Source: an uncultured Candidatus Binatia bacterium
Lineage (GTDB): Bacteria; Desulfobacterota; Binatia; UBA9968; JAJDTQ01
Direction: 5' to 3'
Assembly: GCA_965213675.1 (NCBI GenBank)
Contig: OZ243916.1
Span: 384,001-448,000 of the forward strand
DNA: 64,000 nucleotides
In this document: piece after piece, positions 10,879 to 18,784 of the stretch
Layout: each line of letters opens with the position of its first letter
How positions within the stretch are numbered: the stretch's first letter is position 1
Translations under genes and position numbers: made by a program
Notes under the pieces: model-generated
Seen by the model: the letters and a program-made list of their open reading frames with translations, nothing else
Told to the model about the DNA's origin: nothing
The model's database searches: none

Positions 10879-12576
10879 CTACCAGCGCGTCGCCAGTGCC
10901 TCACCGTCCATTTCGACGGCCTGGTTGCGGACGAGTCCCGGGTCGCTTTCGGGAAAGTCCAGGCGTTGGTGGGCGCCGCGGCTTTCGGAGCGTCCGAGGG
11001 CCGCCCGCGTGACCGCTTCGGCGGTGGTGAGCATGGCGCGCAATTCCAGTCGGTCCTGCAGATCGAGGTCGAAGCCCTGGGCTTCGTGCGCCGCCACCGG
11101 CGTTTCCCGGATCTCGCGGATGCCATCGAGCGCGCGGCGGAGTTGCTCGCCGGTTCGGAACGGTCCGACATCTTCCCACATGAGATCCTGGAGCCGCTGT
11201 TGCAGGACATTGGCGGGTACGCCGTCGTCCGCCCGTGCGTTCACGGCGTACCGGAGGCGCGCCATCGCGTCCTCGGCGGCGGCGCGGCTTCCGCTTGCGT
11301 GGCTCCCACCCGCAGAGCCATCGGCCGCGGCCTTGCCGGCCGCGCGCCCCGCGCATTCGCCGAAGACAAGCGCTTCGGTGATGGCGTTGCCCGACAGACG
11401 GTTGGCGCCGTTGGCGCCGCCCACGGCCTCGCCCGCGGCGTAGAGGCCGGGTACGCGGGTCTCCATGCGCTCGTCCACGCGGATGCCGCCCATATGGTAG
11501 TGCGCCGTGGGCGCCACCTCCACGGGCGTCTGCGTGAGGTCGATGCCGTTGGTCGCCAGCCGGTCGATCACCGGACCGAAGGAGTCCCGCAGCGTCTTCT
11601 CGGGCACGTGCCGGAAGTCCAGGTAGACGCCGCCGTGGGGCGAGCCGCGGCCGGCCTCCACCTCCTTCAGGATCGCGTAGGAGGCTTGGTCGCGCACGGT
11701 GGTGTACTTGCCGCTGTCCTGCCCGCCGTAACGGTGCATGAACTCCTCAAAGTCGCCGTTGAGGAGGCGGCCCCCCAGTTTGTAGCGGAAGGGGTCCCAC
11801 ATGATGGGGTCCATGCCTACCAGCCGCGGCGCCAAGTGCGCGATGGGAAAGAACTGCACGAATTCCATGTCGATGAGGTCGGCGCCGGCGCGCAACGCCA
11901 GCGCGTAGGCCTCGCCGCCCATGTTGGTGGAAGCGCTGTTGCGGCGATAGATCTTGGTGAGTCCGCCCGCCGCCAGGATCACCGCCTTGGCGGCGAAGGT
12001 GACCATGTCGCCGGACACCACGTCCAGGCCCACGGCACCAGCAGCGCGGCCGTCGCCTACGACGATGTCGTTGACGGTCACGTTGCTCACCCGGCGCACC
12101 GCGCCCAGGGTGCTCACCTGGCGCCGCAACGTTCCCGCGACCCCCGGCCCGGTGTTGAGGAAGTCCACATAGCAGCAGCGCGCCCGGCCGTGGCCCGGGG
12201 CCTGGACCTGGCGGATGCGCCCGCTCGGGCCGCGCGCCCAGTGGGCGCCCCAGCGGTCCATTTCGAAAATGCGGGCGGGGCCGTTCTCGCACAACAGGCG
12301 CGCCAGCTTCTCGTCGCACAACTCGCGTCCCGCCGCCAGGGTGTCGCCGAGATGGTCGCTCCAGTGGTCCCGCTCCTCGTGGCCAATGGCCGCGGCCACG
12401 GTCATCTGCGCCATGATGGTGGCGCCGCCGCGTCCCACCAGGGACTTGTCCAGCAGCAGCACGGACGCGCCTTCCCGCGCCGCGGCGATGGCCGCGTACA
12501 TGCCCGCCCCGCCCGCGCCCACCACGAGAACGTCCGTGGACAGATCGGCCGCCCGGCCCGTTCTAGTCACCGGCAT
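10879..12576 (-). CDS. FAD-dependent oxidoreductase, SdhA/FrdA/NadB family flavoprotein
   Basis: DVLVVGAGGAG, DMEFVQFFP, VAPTAHYHMGG, GLYAAGE, GANRLSGNA, RSESRGAHQRLDFP. GGAG RBS before ATG 12576. Confidence 0.9.
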   Translation of the reverse strand: MPVTRTGRAADLSTDVLVVGAGGAGMYAAIAAAREGASVLLLDKSLVGRGGATIMAQMTVAAAIGHEERDHWSDHLGDTLAAGRELCDEKLARLLCENGPARIFEMDRWGAHWARGPSGRIRQVQAPGHGRARCCYVDFLNTGPGVAGTLRRQVSTLGAVRRVSNVTVNDIVVGDGRAAGAVGLDVVSGDMVTFAAKAVILAAGGLTKIYRRNSASTNMGGEAYALALRAGADLIDMEFVQFFPIAHLAPRLVGMDPIMWDPFRYKLGGRLLNGDFEEFMHRYGGQDSGKYTTVRDQASYAILKEVEAGRGSPHGGVYLDFRHVPEKTLRDSFGPVIDRLATNGIDLTQTPVEVAPTAHYHMGGIRVDERMETRVPGLYAAGEAVGGANGANRLSGNAITEALVFGECAGRAAGKAAADGSAGGSHASGSRAAAEDAMARLRYAVNARADDGVPANVLQQRLQDLMWEDVGPFRTGEQLRRALDGIREIRETPVAAHEAQGFDLDLQDRLELRAMLTTAEAVTRAALGRSESRGAHQRLDFPESDPGLVRNQAVEMDGEALATRW

Positions 12577-12839
12577 CCATCCGCTCCAACAGCCAGAGTC
12601 TCCTGCCCATACTGCGCGTGCTCCTTGCGGCTCATGGTTCGTGTCGAGAACACCCGGGTCCGCGTGGCTGATCCGGAACACCTGATGATTCATGTTCACG
12701 GATACGTGTCGCATCCGGATCCCTGTTACGATCTCAAGCAGTGTAAAGGTCAGGGGCGCAAGTTGACAACCTCCACAGAAATGAAGGAATGTACTGCCAT
12801 CCGCTTCAACACCACGCTTCAACATCACGGTGATTCTCC

Positions 12840-13973
12840 ATGGACAGACACGACAAGTTCAACGGAATTCTCGCGTCGCTCCACGAGGCCATGCTCGACG
12901 ACAGTCTGTGGCCGGCCGCGTCCGTGCTGATCGACGAGGCGGTGGATATCAACGGCAGCCATCTGGTGATCTCCGAAGGCTTGGAGTTCCATTACCAACA
13001 ACTGAGATATCGTGGTGAGGGCAGCGATGAGTTGGAGCGGTGGTTCCTGGAACATGCCATGCACGACGTGCGTATCCCGCGTATCTACGGGCTTCCACAC
13101 GGGCGCGTGGCCCATGTTCGCGAACTGTATACCGACGACGAGATCAAGACCTCCTACGGGTTCAACGAGGTTCTTGCCATGGGAGGCGCCCAGAATGGTC
13201 TGAACGTACGCATGGACGTCATGGGCGGCATGTCCGTCACGTGGGTGCTGACCGACCCGTCGGGTGATCGCGTTTCGTGGGATAGCGAGCAGCTTGCGTT
13301 GGTGGAGGGGCTCCTGCCGCACATCCGTCAGTTCGCGCGGGTGCGTCAAGTGCTCGCCAACGCCGAAGCCATGGGCGCGACCCTTGCCGGCCTCCTCGAT
13401 CAGACGGGCGTTGGTGTGCTGCACCTGGACCAGAAAGGGCGCATCGTCGAAAGCAACGCCCCCGCGGACGCCATCCTGGTTCAGGACGACGGATTGTGCG
13501 CCAAAGGCCGTCAGCTCACCGCTCGTCTGAAAGCCGACAACACGCGACTCGAGAAGTTGCTGGCCGCGGCCATTCCAGGACCTGGACCCGAAGGCGTCAG
13601 CGGCTCCATGATGATTCACCGCTGGCCGGTCGGGGGATATGCGCTGCACGTCTGCCCGGTGCACCGTCAGAACGCCGGCTCGGGCCTTGCATGGGTCGCG
13701 GCCGTTGTCTTCATCGTCGACCCCGCAGCGCAGCCGCGACTGGACCCCGAACGGGTCGCCACCGTTCTGGGCCTCACCCCCGCCGAAGGCCAGGTGGCCA
13801 CCGCCCTGGCCCAAGGCCTCTCCGTCCGCGACATCGCCGCCACCACCCACCGCAACGAAAGCACCGTCCGCTGGACCATCAAACGCATCCACGCCAAGCT
13901 CGAGGTCACGCGCCAGGCCGACCTCGTCAGGATGGTCCTGGCGGCAGCGGGCGGCGTGGCCGGCGGGGGGTGA
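12840..13973 (+). CDS. LuxR-family HTH transcriptional regulator with N-terminal sensor and PAS-like domains
   Basis: C-terminal GLTPAEGQVATALAQGLSVRDIA...STVRWTIKRIHAKL...RQADLV. PAS-like GVLHLDQKGRIVESN. Confidence 0.88.
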   Translation: MDRHDKFNGILASLHEAMLDDSLWPAASVLIDEAVDINGSHLVISEGLEFHYQQLRYRGEGSDELERWFLEHAMHDVRIPRIYGLPHGRVAHVRELYTDDEIKTSYGFNEVLAMGGAQNGLNVRMDVMGGMSVTWVLTDPSGDRVSWDSEQLALVEGLLPHIRQFARVRQVLANAEAMGATLAGLLDQTGVGVLHLDQKGRIVESNAPADAILVQDDGLCAKGRQLTARLKADNTRLEKLLAAAIPGPGPEGVSGSMMIHRWPVGGYALHVCPVHRQNAGSGLAWVAAVVFIVDPAAQPRLDPERVATVLGLTPAEGQVATALAQGLSVRDIAATTHRNESTVRWTIKRIHAKLEVTRQADLVRMVLAAAGGVAGGG

Positions 13974-13992
13974 GCACCTCCGCGGCGAGTTC

Positions 13993-14027
13993 ACACCAAG
14001 GTTGCAGAAGCTGGAAGCAAGGAGAGG
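13993..14027 (-). repeat. Dispersed 35-bp repeat, copy 1
   Basis: Reverse complement CCTCTCCTTGCTTCCAGCTTCTGCAACCTTGGTGT matches 52973-53007 at 31/35. Confidence 0.7.
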
Positions 14028-14219
14028 CCGGGAGGGAGGTGGGCGTGTCTGCCCTTCGTCCTTCACTTTCCGCGAAGTCCCCAACCGCCGGGTTGTGATC
14101 GCCGCACGGTTCCTCCATTCCGTCCCCTGTTGTTGAGACCAGCGGGTTGTTCGCCGAAACGCGGCCTTCGACACTGATTCTGGTTCTGGCCACAACCAAA
14201 CCAATTGCCCATCAATAAA

Positions 14220-14239
14220 CCCTCAATTTTGAGGGCGAC
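14220..14239 (+). promoter_or_regulatory. Putative LuxR-type operator box 1 (CCCTCAATTTTGAGGG-CGAC)
   Basis: 16-bp near-palindrome followed by CGAC. The same layout recurs at 15052-15071. Confidence 0.5.
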
Positions 14240-14353
14240 AAGAGATCATCAACGTCGTACTCAATACAACCAAGCCAATCGCACTCCGACCAAGGCGTGC
14301 AGTTCACGGCGCGGTAAGGTTCAATCGAGTACGGACACAACAGCAATTACGGA

Positions 14354-15088
14354 TTGAAGGAAGCGGTGGGCTCCATCTTGGCTGACATGATGGAGCACTC
14401 CAGCGTCGGTTTGATCTGTGTGAATCACGCGGGGCGGGTGGTGGCGACAAATGATCGCGCCGACTCAATCCTCAAACATGGTAATGTTTTCGAAGGCAAC
14501 GGCAGCGGGTTGTCTCTTTGCGTGAACGCCGAGAACGCCGAGTTGGAGCGAATCCTGAACGCTGCGGTTTCGGCACCCCCGAAGGAAGCAACTGATGGCT
14601 CCATGATGGTCGGTCGATGGGACTGCAAACGCTTTTCCATCCACGTTTGCCCTGTGACACTCCCGGCCGCGCCCGAAGCCGTCCCCTCCGACGACGCCAT
14701 CGCCGCAATCATTTTGGTAGTGGATCCAGCCAGGCATCTGACAATCGATCCCGAGCGGGTGTCCGCAGCCCTGGGCCTCACGCCCGCCGAAGGACGCGTG
14801 GCCGCGGCCTTGGCCGAGGGGAATTCGGTCCGCGAGATTGCGGCGGCCGCACAACGCGCGGAGAGCACCGTGCGGTGGACAGTAAAGAATATTCGCGCGA
14901 AGCTCGGTAGCTCCCGGCAAGCGGACATCATTCGAATGGTTCTGAGCGCCGTTGCGGTTGCCTTGCCGCTACCCATGCCGCGCACAACGGATGCCGACGC
15001 ATCTGCTCTGAGGGGTGTGCACGGTTCTGCCCCTCCCCCCCCCCCCCCCCCCCCCCTAAATTGGGGGCGACGCCAAACAGATCAATGA
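14354..15088 (+). CDS. Second, shorter PAS-LuxR HTH regulator (paralog of the C-terminal half of 12840-13973)
   Basis: GLICVNHAGRVVATN and DPERVSAALGLTPAEGRVAAALAEG...STVRWTVKNIRAKL...RQADII. Start codon uncertain; the tail runs through a poly-C tract. Confidence 0.8.
   Translation: MKEAVGSILADMMEHSSVGLICVNHAGRVVATNDRADSILKHGNVFEGNGSGLSLCVNAENAELERILNAAVSAPPKEATDGSMMVGRWDCKRFSIHVCPVTLPAAPEAVPSDDAIAAIILVVDPARHLTIDPERVSAALGLTPAEGRVAAALAEGNSVREIAAAAQRAESTVRWTVKNIRAKLGSSRQADIIRMVLSAVAVALPLPMPRTTDADASALRGVHGSAPPPPPPPPLNWGRRQTDQ
15035..15056 (+). repeat. Homopolymeric C22 tract
   Basis: Counted 22 consecutive C. Confidence 0.95.
15052..15071 (+). promoter_or_regulatory. Putative LuxR-type operator box 2 (CCCCCTAAATTGGGGG-CGAC)
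   Basis: Same length, symmetry and trailing CGAC as box 1. Lies upstream of the secreted-protein genes. Confidence 0.5.
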
Positions 15089-15224
15089 GATAGAGAGGGT
15101 GTCTGTTGTTGGCGCCGAGCCCGATTCACTGCCTGAGCCAGCGGATCGAGCCAGCTTGAACCGGTTGCATGCGGCCCGCCCGCATAAGCTTGGCGACCAT
15201 AGTGGATTGCGAAGCGGCTGACCT

Positions 15225-15611
15225 ATGAAGTCCAAGACCATCAAAGCCATCATTGTTTCCGTCGCCTCCTTGATTGTCCTCGCATTGAGCGCACCTGCCT
15301 TGGGACACGACGACAAGCAGGCTCCCAAGCAGTCATCGGCGTCCTCGCCAGAAGTGGTAGGAGGGTTTGTCGGAAGTGTGACCGGCGCCACAGTCGCGGC
15401 GTGGGCCACCCTGGGAGCCAGTACGAAAACCGTGGTAGCCGGAGGACTCGCAGGTGGCAAGATCGGGGAGAAAGTCGGCGAACTCGTAGGGCGAGAAGCC
15501 GCGCGTGCGACGGGCCAGTTAGCCGAAAAGTTCAGCGAATCGTTCCCATCCACGGGGGAGGAGTTTTGCCGCGCTGTCGGCGGGCAAGCGGGCTGCGGAG
15601 GCGCCCAATGA
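15225..15611 (+). CDS. Secreted glycine-zipper protein, unknown function
   Basis: Sec signal peptide (MKSKTIK + hydrophobic core + ALG). GxxxG repeats (GGFVGSVTGA, GGLAGGKIGEKVG) and a C-terminal Cys pair. Confidence 0.7.
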   Translation: MKSKTIKAIIVSVASLIVLALSAPALGHDDKQAPKQSSASSPEVVGGFVGSVTGATVAAWATLGASTKTVVAGGLAGGKIGEKVGELVGREAARATGQLAEKFSESFPSTGEEFCRAVGGQAGCGGAQ

Positions 15612-15918
15612 GTTCACGAAGTGGTAGGCGGTCTATGTCGACCCTTACCGATCAATTTGACCAAGAATTTAGCGCGGAAGTCACCCTGCGTCGGCGGAAG
15701 AGTTGGGTTCAGCCATACGGCGGCGCGCAACGACATCCAAAGATCCGGGTACGCCGTAACGGGACCCGAGACAAGCTCCGTCGGCCCTACGGCCGCCTCG
15801 GGGGTACATATCGCTCAGGCCGTTGTGGTTCGTCGGCTGTAGGACCCTCCCGCCCGGCGGGCGCTTGACAGAGCACAAAACCCGACCGAAGCAGGGTTGG
15901 GGAACAAGGAGGTCACTT

Positions 15919-16455
15919 GTGCAAACAATGTCACGGGCGAACGAGAAAATTGGAAGTATGCCCTGCGCCGTAATAGACCTCAATCTCCCCGGCCGTGTCC
16001 ACGCAACGTTGTTGCGAAAAGGCACACCACAACGATGCCCACAGTCACACCTTTGGAAGCCGAATATCGCGAGTCCACGCGTTGTCAATGGCAACCGAAA
16101 ACTGCACGGTTTCTTCGCGGCGATGGTGTTCATGATTTTAGTTGTGGCAATGGTGGTTGCGTCGGGGTTTCCGCCGGTTCAGGCACAAGCCCTCATGGGC
16201 ACCGCGTCACAGGGCGACATCGACAGATCACGGGCGTGCTTCACCGCGCAGGAGAATGCGACGGATGCGGCAGCTCGGAACTGCCCCAAAACGTTCAATG
16301 TCGGGGGCTGCGTGTGTCTGGAGGACCTCAACGCCAGAGCGGGCGCGGACCGCTGGTCTTGCGACGTAGGCTGGTCCTGTACTTCGCGGACAACTACACA
16401 AGAAGCGCCCGAAAGCACTTCGGACGCCACCGTGGACACACCCGGTTCCCCCTGA
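15919..16455 (+). CDS. Exported 6-cysteine mini-domain protein, paralog A
   Basis: AAGGAGG lies 6 nt before in-frame GTG 15919. Hydrophobic segment ends VQAQA, followed by C-x14-C-x8-C-x-C-x14-C-x5-C. A paralog at 20081-20398 supports coding status. Confidence 0.7.
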   Translation: MQTMSRANEKIGSMPCAVIDLNLPGRVHATLLRKGTPQRCPQSHLWKPNIASPRVVNGNRKLHGFFAAMVFMILVVAMVVASGFPPVQAQALMGTASQGDIDRSRACFTAQENATDAAARNCPKTFNVGGCVCLEDLNARAGADRWSCDVGWSCTSRTTTQEAPESTSDATVDTPGSP

Positions 16456-16581
16456 AAACCGCACAATAAAAGTTGGCGACCGGAATTAGCCCACCGAACC
16501 GTGAGTAATAGAAAAGGAAAGCCGAACAATAAATATAACGAAGTTAATCACGCATGAACAGTTTTTGCGACAAGTACACTG

Positions 16582-16758
16582 GTGACACCTCGAGACCATC
16601 CATGGTTTGGTGGTCCTTGTACGGTGCTGTCAATGGCAGCGCCGGTCATAATTGTATTGATGCACATGAGTCAGGCAGCAGCGCAGGAATGCGAGGTCGA
16701 CAGCGGTCGCGTGACGAATGCTGCATCCCAGACATGTACAATGCCCACTTGGACGTAA
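16582..16758 (+). CDS. 58-aa ORF resembling the N-terminus of the downstream collagen-like protein (small secreted peptide or duplication remnant)
   Basis: Hand translation: VTPRDHPWFGGPCTVLSMAAPVIIVLMHMSQAAAQECEVDSGRVTNAASQTCTMPTWT. ECxVD-x11-C matches ECRVDKNKLVVTGQTAC. Absent from the ORF track, whose shortest entry is 60 aa. Confidence 0.45.
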   Translation: MTPRDHPWFGGPCTVLSMAAPVIIVLMHMSQAAAQECEVDSGRVTNAASQTCTMPTWT

Positions 16759-16772
16759 GGGAGGACATCCTA

Positions 16773-18542
16773 ATGTCACACGCACGAGCTACCGATAGCC
16801 GTCCTTATCCCCACCGTTACGCCGTATTGCTACCGTTGTTTGCGGTATTTGCCCTCTATCCCTCCACTCTTGTGGCCCAACTGGCCGAATGCAGGGTCGA
16901 CAAGAACAAGCTCGTTGTCACTGGGCAAACCGCCTGCTCCATTCAAGCCGACAGCCAAACCCTCGTCCTCGATACGTTAATCATGGGAGATGCGAGTCGG
17001 TTGGTGGTTCTGTCTACGCCGGGGACCGACGCGAACGATGCGGCGGGCGCTACCACACTCTGGCGTATGAACGTGAGGACTGCCACAATCGGTAACGACG
17101 TGGCGATTCTCGCACGAGGATCGACAGGACACACGGGCAGGGACGGTGCGCGCGGTCGTGATCTGTCTAATTGTATGAACGGAGGCGAAGGCCACAAAGG
17201 AAAACCCGGAGAACGGGGAACGTCGGGACTAAATGTCGAACTCAAGATGGGGTTTAGCGCCCTTGGTTCGCTTACAATCGATACAAGTGGAGGAAACGGA
17301 GGTAGCGGCGGTGTTGGTGGTCGTGGCGGTCAAGGATCTCGAGGAGTGAGGGACCACGTGACGACGAAGTGTAACGGGCACGCCGGCGGTAAAGGCGGGC
17401 GAGGCGGTAAAGGCGGAGACGGTGGCAATGGTGGACACATAAGTCTCAGCCTAATGATGTCGCAACAGGACAAGGTCGTCCCACTATTGTCGCGTTTGAA
17501 ACTGCTTGCATCGCCCGGAGAGCCGGGCGCAGGAGGAAAGGGGGGAGTAGGGGGCCCTGGAGGTGGCAGGGACTGTAACTTCTGGGGTTGTACGAAGTCC
17601 GGGGACGCGGGAGAAGGGGGGGGCGCCGGTAGTCATGGTGGCAAGGGGCAGGGAGGCAAGCTTAGAGCAAAGGTCGACCAACGGTTCACGCAGCAGACGT
17701 CCGGCGCCGGTTGGGCCAACGACAGTGTGAGGGATGCCTGCGGCAGAGTGGCTGAACTCTATCCCCGGTTCTTGTCCATGATGGGCAGTTACCTCATCGA
17801 TAACCATTTGAGTCATTACGTTCAGTCGCAACTGAGCCTTGCTACCCACCTGGAAGGTACCTTGCCAGGGAATGCTACGCAGGGATACATAGACATACGC
17901 AGTGAAATGGAGAACATTAATGCGGTTGTGAGTGATCGATACCGCGACGTGTCACTGATAGCCTCACAGAACGCAAATTTATACAACGAAATACAAAGGC
18001 TTGAAGGGATCCTACAGCAACCAGATCAGACGAGGTGTTTTGCCGGGTTGTCGAGTGAGGGGTTTGCCACATGCAGAGCGACCTGTGAAAAAAGGGAAAG
18101 CGAGGAGCAAACGAGCCATGACATCGTGAAAGAACATGACCAAAGTAGGGGAGGGAGCGACGCCGGAAGTACTAGGGTCGGCTCGAAGACAGGCCACAAG
18201 ACCGCTAAAAAGGTGACGAGCTATGTATCGGTGGTTCCGACTTGCGTGACGTCATGCCTAAAGGACGTCCACGACACTGAAAAATCCAAGGCGTGTGGGG
18301 AGGTTCACAAGCGTATCGTGAAACTGAGGGACATGGCCAGCAAGACCAAGCCAATCCCCACCGTTGACGTGGCAGGGATGATGATTCCGCATTCAAATTT
18401 GAAAACAGAGTTTAAGGAGCTGCCGTTTGCAGTTGTCGGCCCGGACGGTGCTAGGCAGATATGTGGCGTGTTAGTTGGTCGGAAGTGTGGGGAACAACGG
18501 GAGACGCGGTGGAACGTGAGCGACCAGTCGTGTTCACGATAG
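16773..18542 (+). CDS. Secreted collagen-like / glycine-rich repeat protein with a Cys-rich C-terminal region
   Basis: GGAGG RBS before ATG 16773 and a signal peptide. Gxx triplet runs (GHTGRDGARG, GEGHKGKPGERG, GGKGGRGGKGGDGGNGG). Many Cys, including CxxxC pairs, at the C-terminus. Confidence 0.75.
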   Translation: MSHARATDSRPYPHRYAVLLPLFAVFALYPSTLVAQLAECRVDKNKLVVTGQTACSIQADSQTLVLDTLIMGDASRLVVLSTPGTDANDAAGATTLWRMNVRTATIGNDVAILARGSTGHTGRDGARGRDLSNCMNGGEGHKGKPGERGTSGLNVELKMGFSALGSLTIDTSGGNGGSGGVGGRGGQGSRGVRDHVTTKCNGHAGGKGGRGGKGGDGGNGGHISLSLMMSQQDKVVPLLSRLKLLASPGEPGAGGKGGVGGPGGGRDCNFWGCTKSGDAGEGGGAGSHGGKGQGGKLRAKVDQRFTQQTSGAGWANDSVRDACGRVAELYPRFLSMMGSYLIDNHLSHYVQSQLSLATHLEGTLPGNATQGYIDIRSEMENINAVVSDRYRDVSLIASQNANLYNEIQRLEGILQQPDQTRCFAGLSSEGFATCRATCEKRESEEQTSHDIVKEHDQSRGGSDAGSTRVGSKTGHKTAKKVTSYVSVVPTCVTSCLKDVHDTEKSKACGEVHKRIVKLRDMASKTKPIPTVDVAGMMIPHSNLKTEFKELPFAVVGPDGARQICGVLVGRKCGEQRETRWNVSDQSCSR

Positions 18543-18784
18543 TCAAGCATGATAGGTTGTCGTGTCGGCGGGCTTGCGTCAATGGCGGCGAGAGGTGTGG
18601 AGACCGTCTATCTGGACCGCGAGACCCTCCAATCCCGCCGGAACACCGAGCTCTTCGGGTGCTGGAACAGTGGTACCCGACAGAGGGCTACCAGTTTCGC
18701 CTCGAACTCGCCGGCGGCATTACGAACGGAGGTGGGACGGCGGCCCGGCCGGCCACCCAGAGTTGCCTCTGGGCCCTCCCCTAG

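Noticed and set aside
10879-12576. Calling the flavoprotein sdhA/frdA (complex II) or nadB
   Set aside because: It lacks the covalent-FAD His and the QFHP His. No sdhC/D, full sdhB or nadA/C nearby.
12840-15088. AHL quorum-sensing LuxR/LuxI pair
   Set aside because: No luxI, and the N-terminal domains lack the autoinducer-binding W/Y/DP/W signature.
18543-18780. Short ORFs left of the IS as the missing 5' part of paralog B
   Set aside because: No nucleotide or protein similarity to paralog A's upstream region and no hydrophobic segment.
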